DNA of 64,000 nucleotides, from positions 2,204 to 66,203 of IMG/VR virus record IMGVR_UViG_3300030332_001412. One strand, written 5' to 3'. The notes beneath the pieces were generated by a model. The model made no database searches, was not told where the DNA came from, and was given only the letters and a program-made list of their open reading frames with translations. This document shows, in pieces, positions 63,399 to 64,000 of this stretch (positions are counted from its first letter, which is position 1; each line of letters starts with the position of its first letter). The stretch comes from a virus (Duplodnaviria > Caudoviricetes). A program made the position numbers and the translations under genes.

Positions 63399-63659
63399 AT
63401 GTTCATAATTTGCACCGACCCCTCCGACCATCGCGCCGGAAGCCAATTGTCCGTCACGCCCTCGGGCGATCTGGTCGGCATCTGTCGCGCTAACGAGCGC
63501 GCTGAATTTGCTGATCGAGAGGGGGCCGAGGCCCTTCTCGCGACTGTGCCCGAGCGCACCCGGGCTTTTCATTTCCTGATTGTGCACGAGACGCGCCCGG
63601 CGCGGCATGTAGGCGGCAATGGCTGGATGGTCGGGCACCCGGGTTACGACCTCGCCTGA
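63399..63659 (+). CDS. Hypothetical protein
   Basis: CCCACCACGGAG leader. Confidence 0.6.
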   Translation: MFIICTDPSDHRAGSQLSVTPSGDLVGICRANERAEFADREGAEALLATVPERTRAFHFLIVHETRPARHVGGNGWMVGHPGYDLA

Positions 63660-63678
63660 TCGCTCGCCAGATCGAGCC

Positions 63679-63710
63679 AAGGGCCTCGGGGGGAACCCCG
63701 GGGCCTTTTT
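63679..63710 (+). terminator. Intrinsic terminator, possibly bidirectional
   Basis: AAGGGCCTCGGGG-GGAA-CCCCGGGGCC-TTTTT. Confidence 0.75.
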
Positions 63711-63852
63711 CGTTGCGGCCATCATCGCGGGCCCTCCGGGCCTGTCAACTCGCGCCGGGTGGTCGGATTGGGCAAGCCAAGGAGGCGGGCCCCTTCATGG
63801 ACGAGCGGGCGCCCGGGGAGGCCTATGCGATAGTCAGGGCGGCGGGTCGATT

Positions 63853-64000
63853 TCATCGGTTGCGCCGCCGCCATTCGGCCTCTGAGCATCGCCCGAGCGG
63901 CAAGGCCTTATGCAGGGGGTCGATGATGGGCCCGTTCGCCAGATCGCGGAGATCTTGCTCGTCGAGCGCGCCGCCATGATCGTCGGCCCACTGGCGGGCG
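63853..64000 (-). CDS. C-terminus of a gene entering from beyond the right edge
   Basis: Open frame ARQWADDHGGALDEQDLRDLANGPII...RRRNR*, ATGA-coupled to a 44-aa ORF at 63722-63856. Confidence 0.4.
   Translation of the reverse strand, partial: ARQWADDHGGALDEQDLRDLANGPIIDPLHKALPLGRCSEAEWRRRNR

Noticed and set aside
1-64000. Many long antisense or alternate-frame ORFs in the track (e.g. 47443-49425 +, 31199-32614 +, 34192-35430 +, 27222-28301 +)
   Set aside because: They shadow well-supported genes, lack SDs and motifs, and are expected in high-GC DNA; only the 9853-10902 overlap carries family motifs.
1-64000. CRISPR array, tRNA or rRNA genes
   Set aside because: No regularly spaced repeats, cloverleaf with T-loop, or rRNA-like sequence found by eye; tRNAscan-SE was not run.
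1-64000. Apparent abundance of GATC/CGATCG
   Set aside because: Plausibly due to ATC/GAT codon usage at high GC; cannot be called enrichment without a Markov-model count.

Overview
The window is most of one high-GC tailed-phage genome with a long non-contractile-tail gene set. The SSB sequence and the -10 elements point to an alphaproteobacterial, Sphingomonadales-like host (inference). Layout: (1) rightward early arm 453-15961 (recombination genes, DNA methyltransferases, small genes); (2) leftward lysis, tail, head and terminase block 16168-45142; (3) counter-oriented microgene cassette 45279-46621; (4) leftward DNA-modification, small-gene and replication arm 46641-62861; (5) second small rightward cassette 63123-63659. 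Both edges cut leftward genes, consistent with a circular or permuted genome somewhat larger than 64 kb. No integrase, CI-type repressor, DNA polymerase, tRNA or CRISPR array was seen. Strongest leads: a DpdA/TGT-like transglycosylase beside a PP-loop Fe-S enzyme with no que genes in the window; five complete (plus possibly one partial) methyltransferases, one encoded in two overlapping frames; a shared CCACCA-SD leader on about a dozen genes with a matching antisense hairpin RNA at 15973-16071; and a 15-bp operator repeated in dispersed promoters. Family calls come from motif recognition only; no database searches were run.
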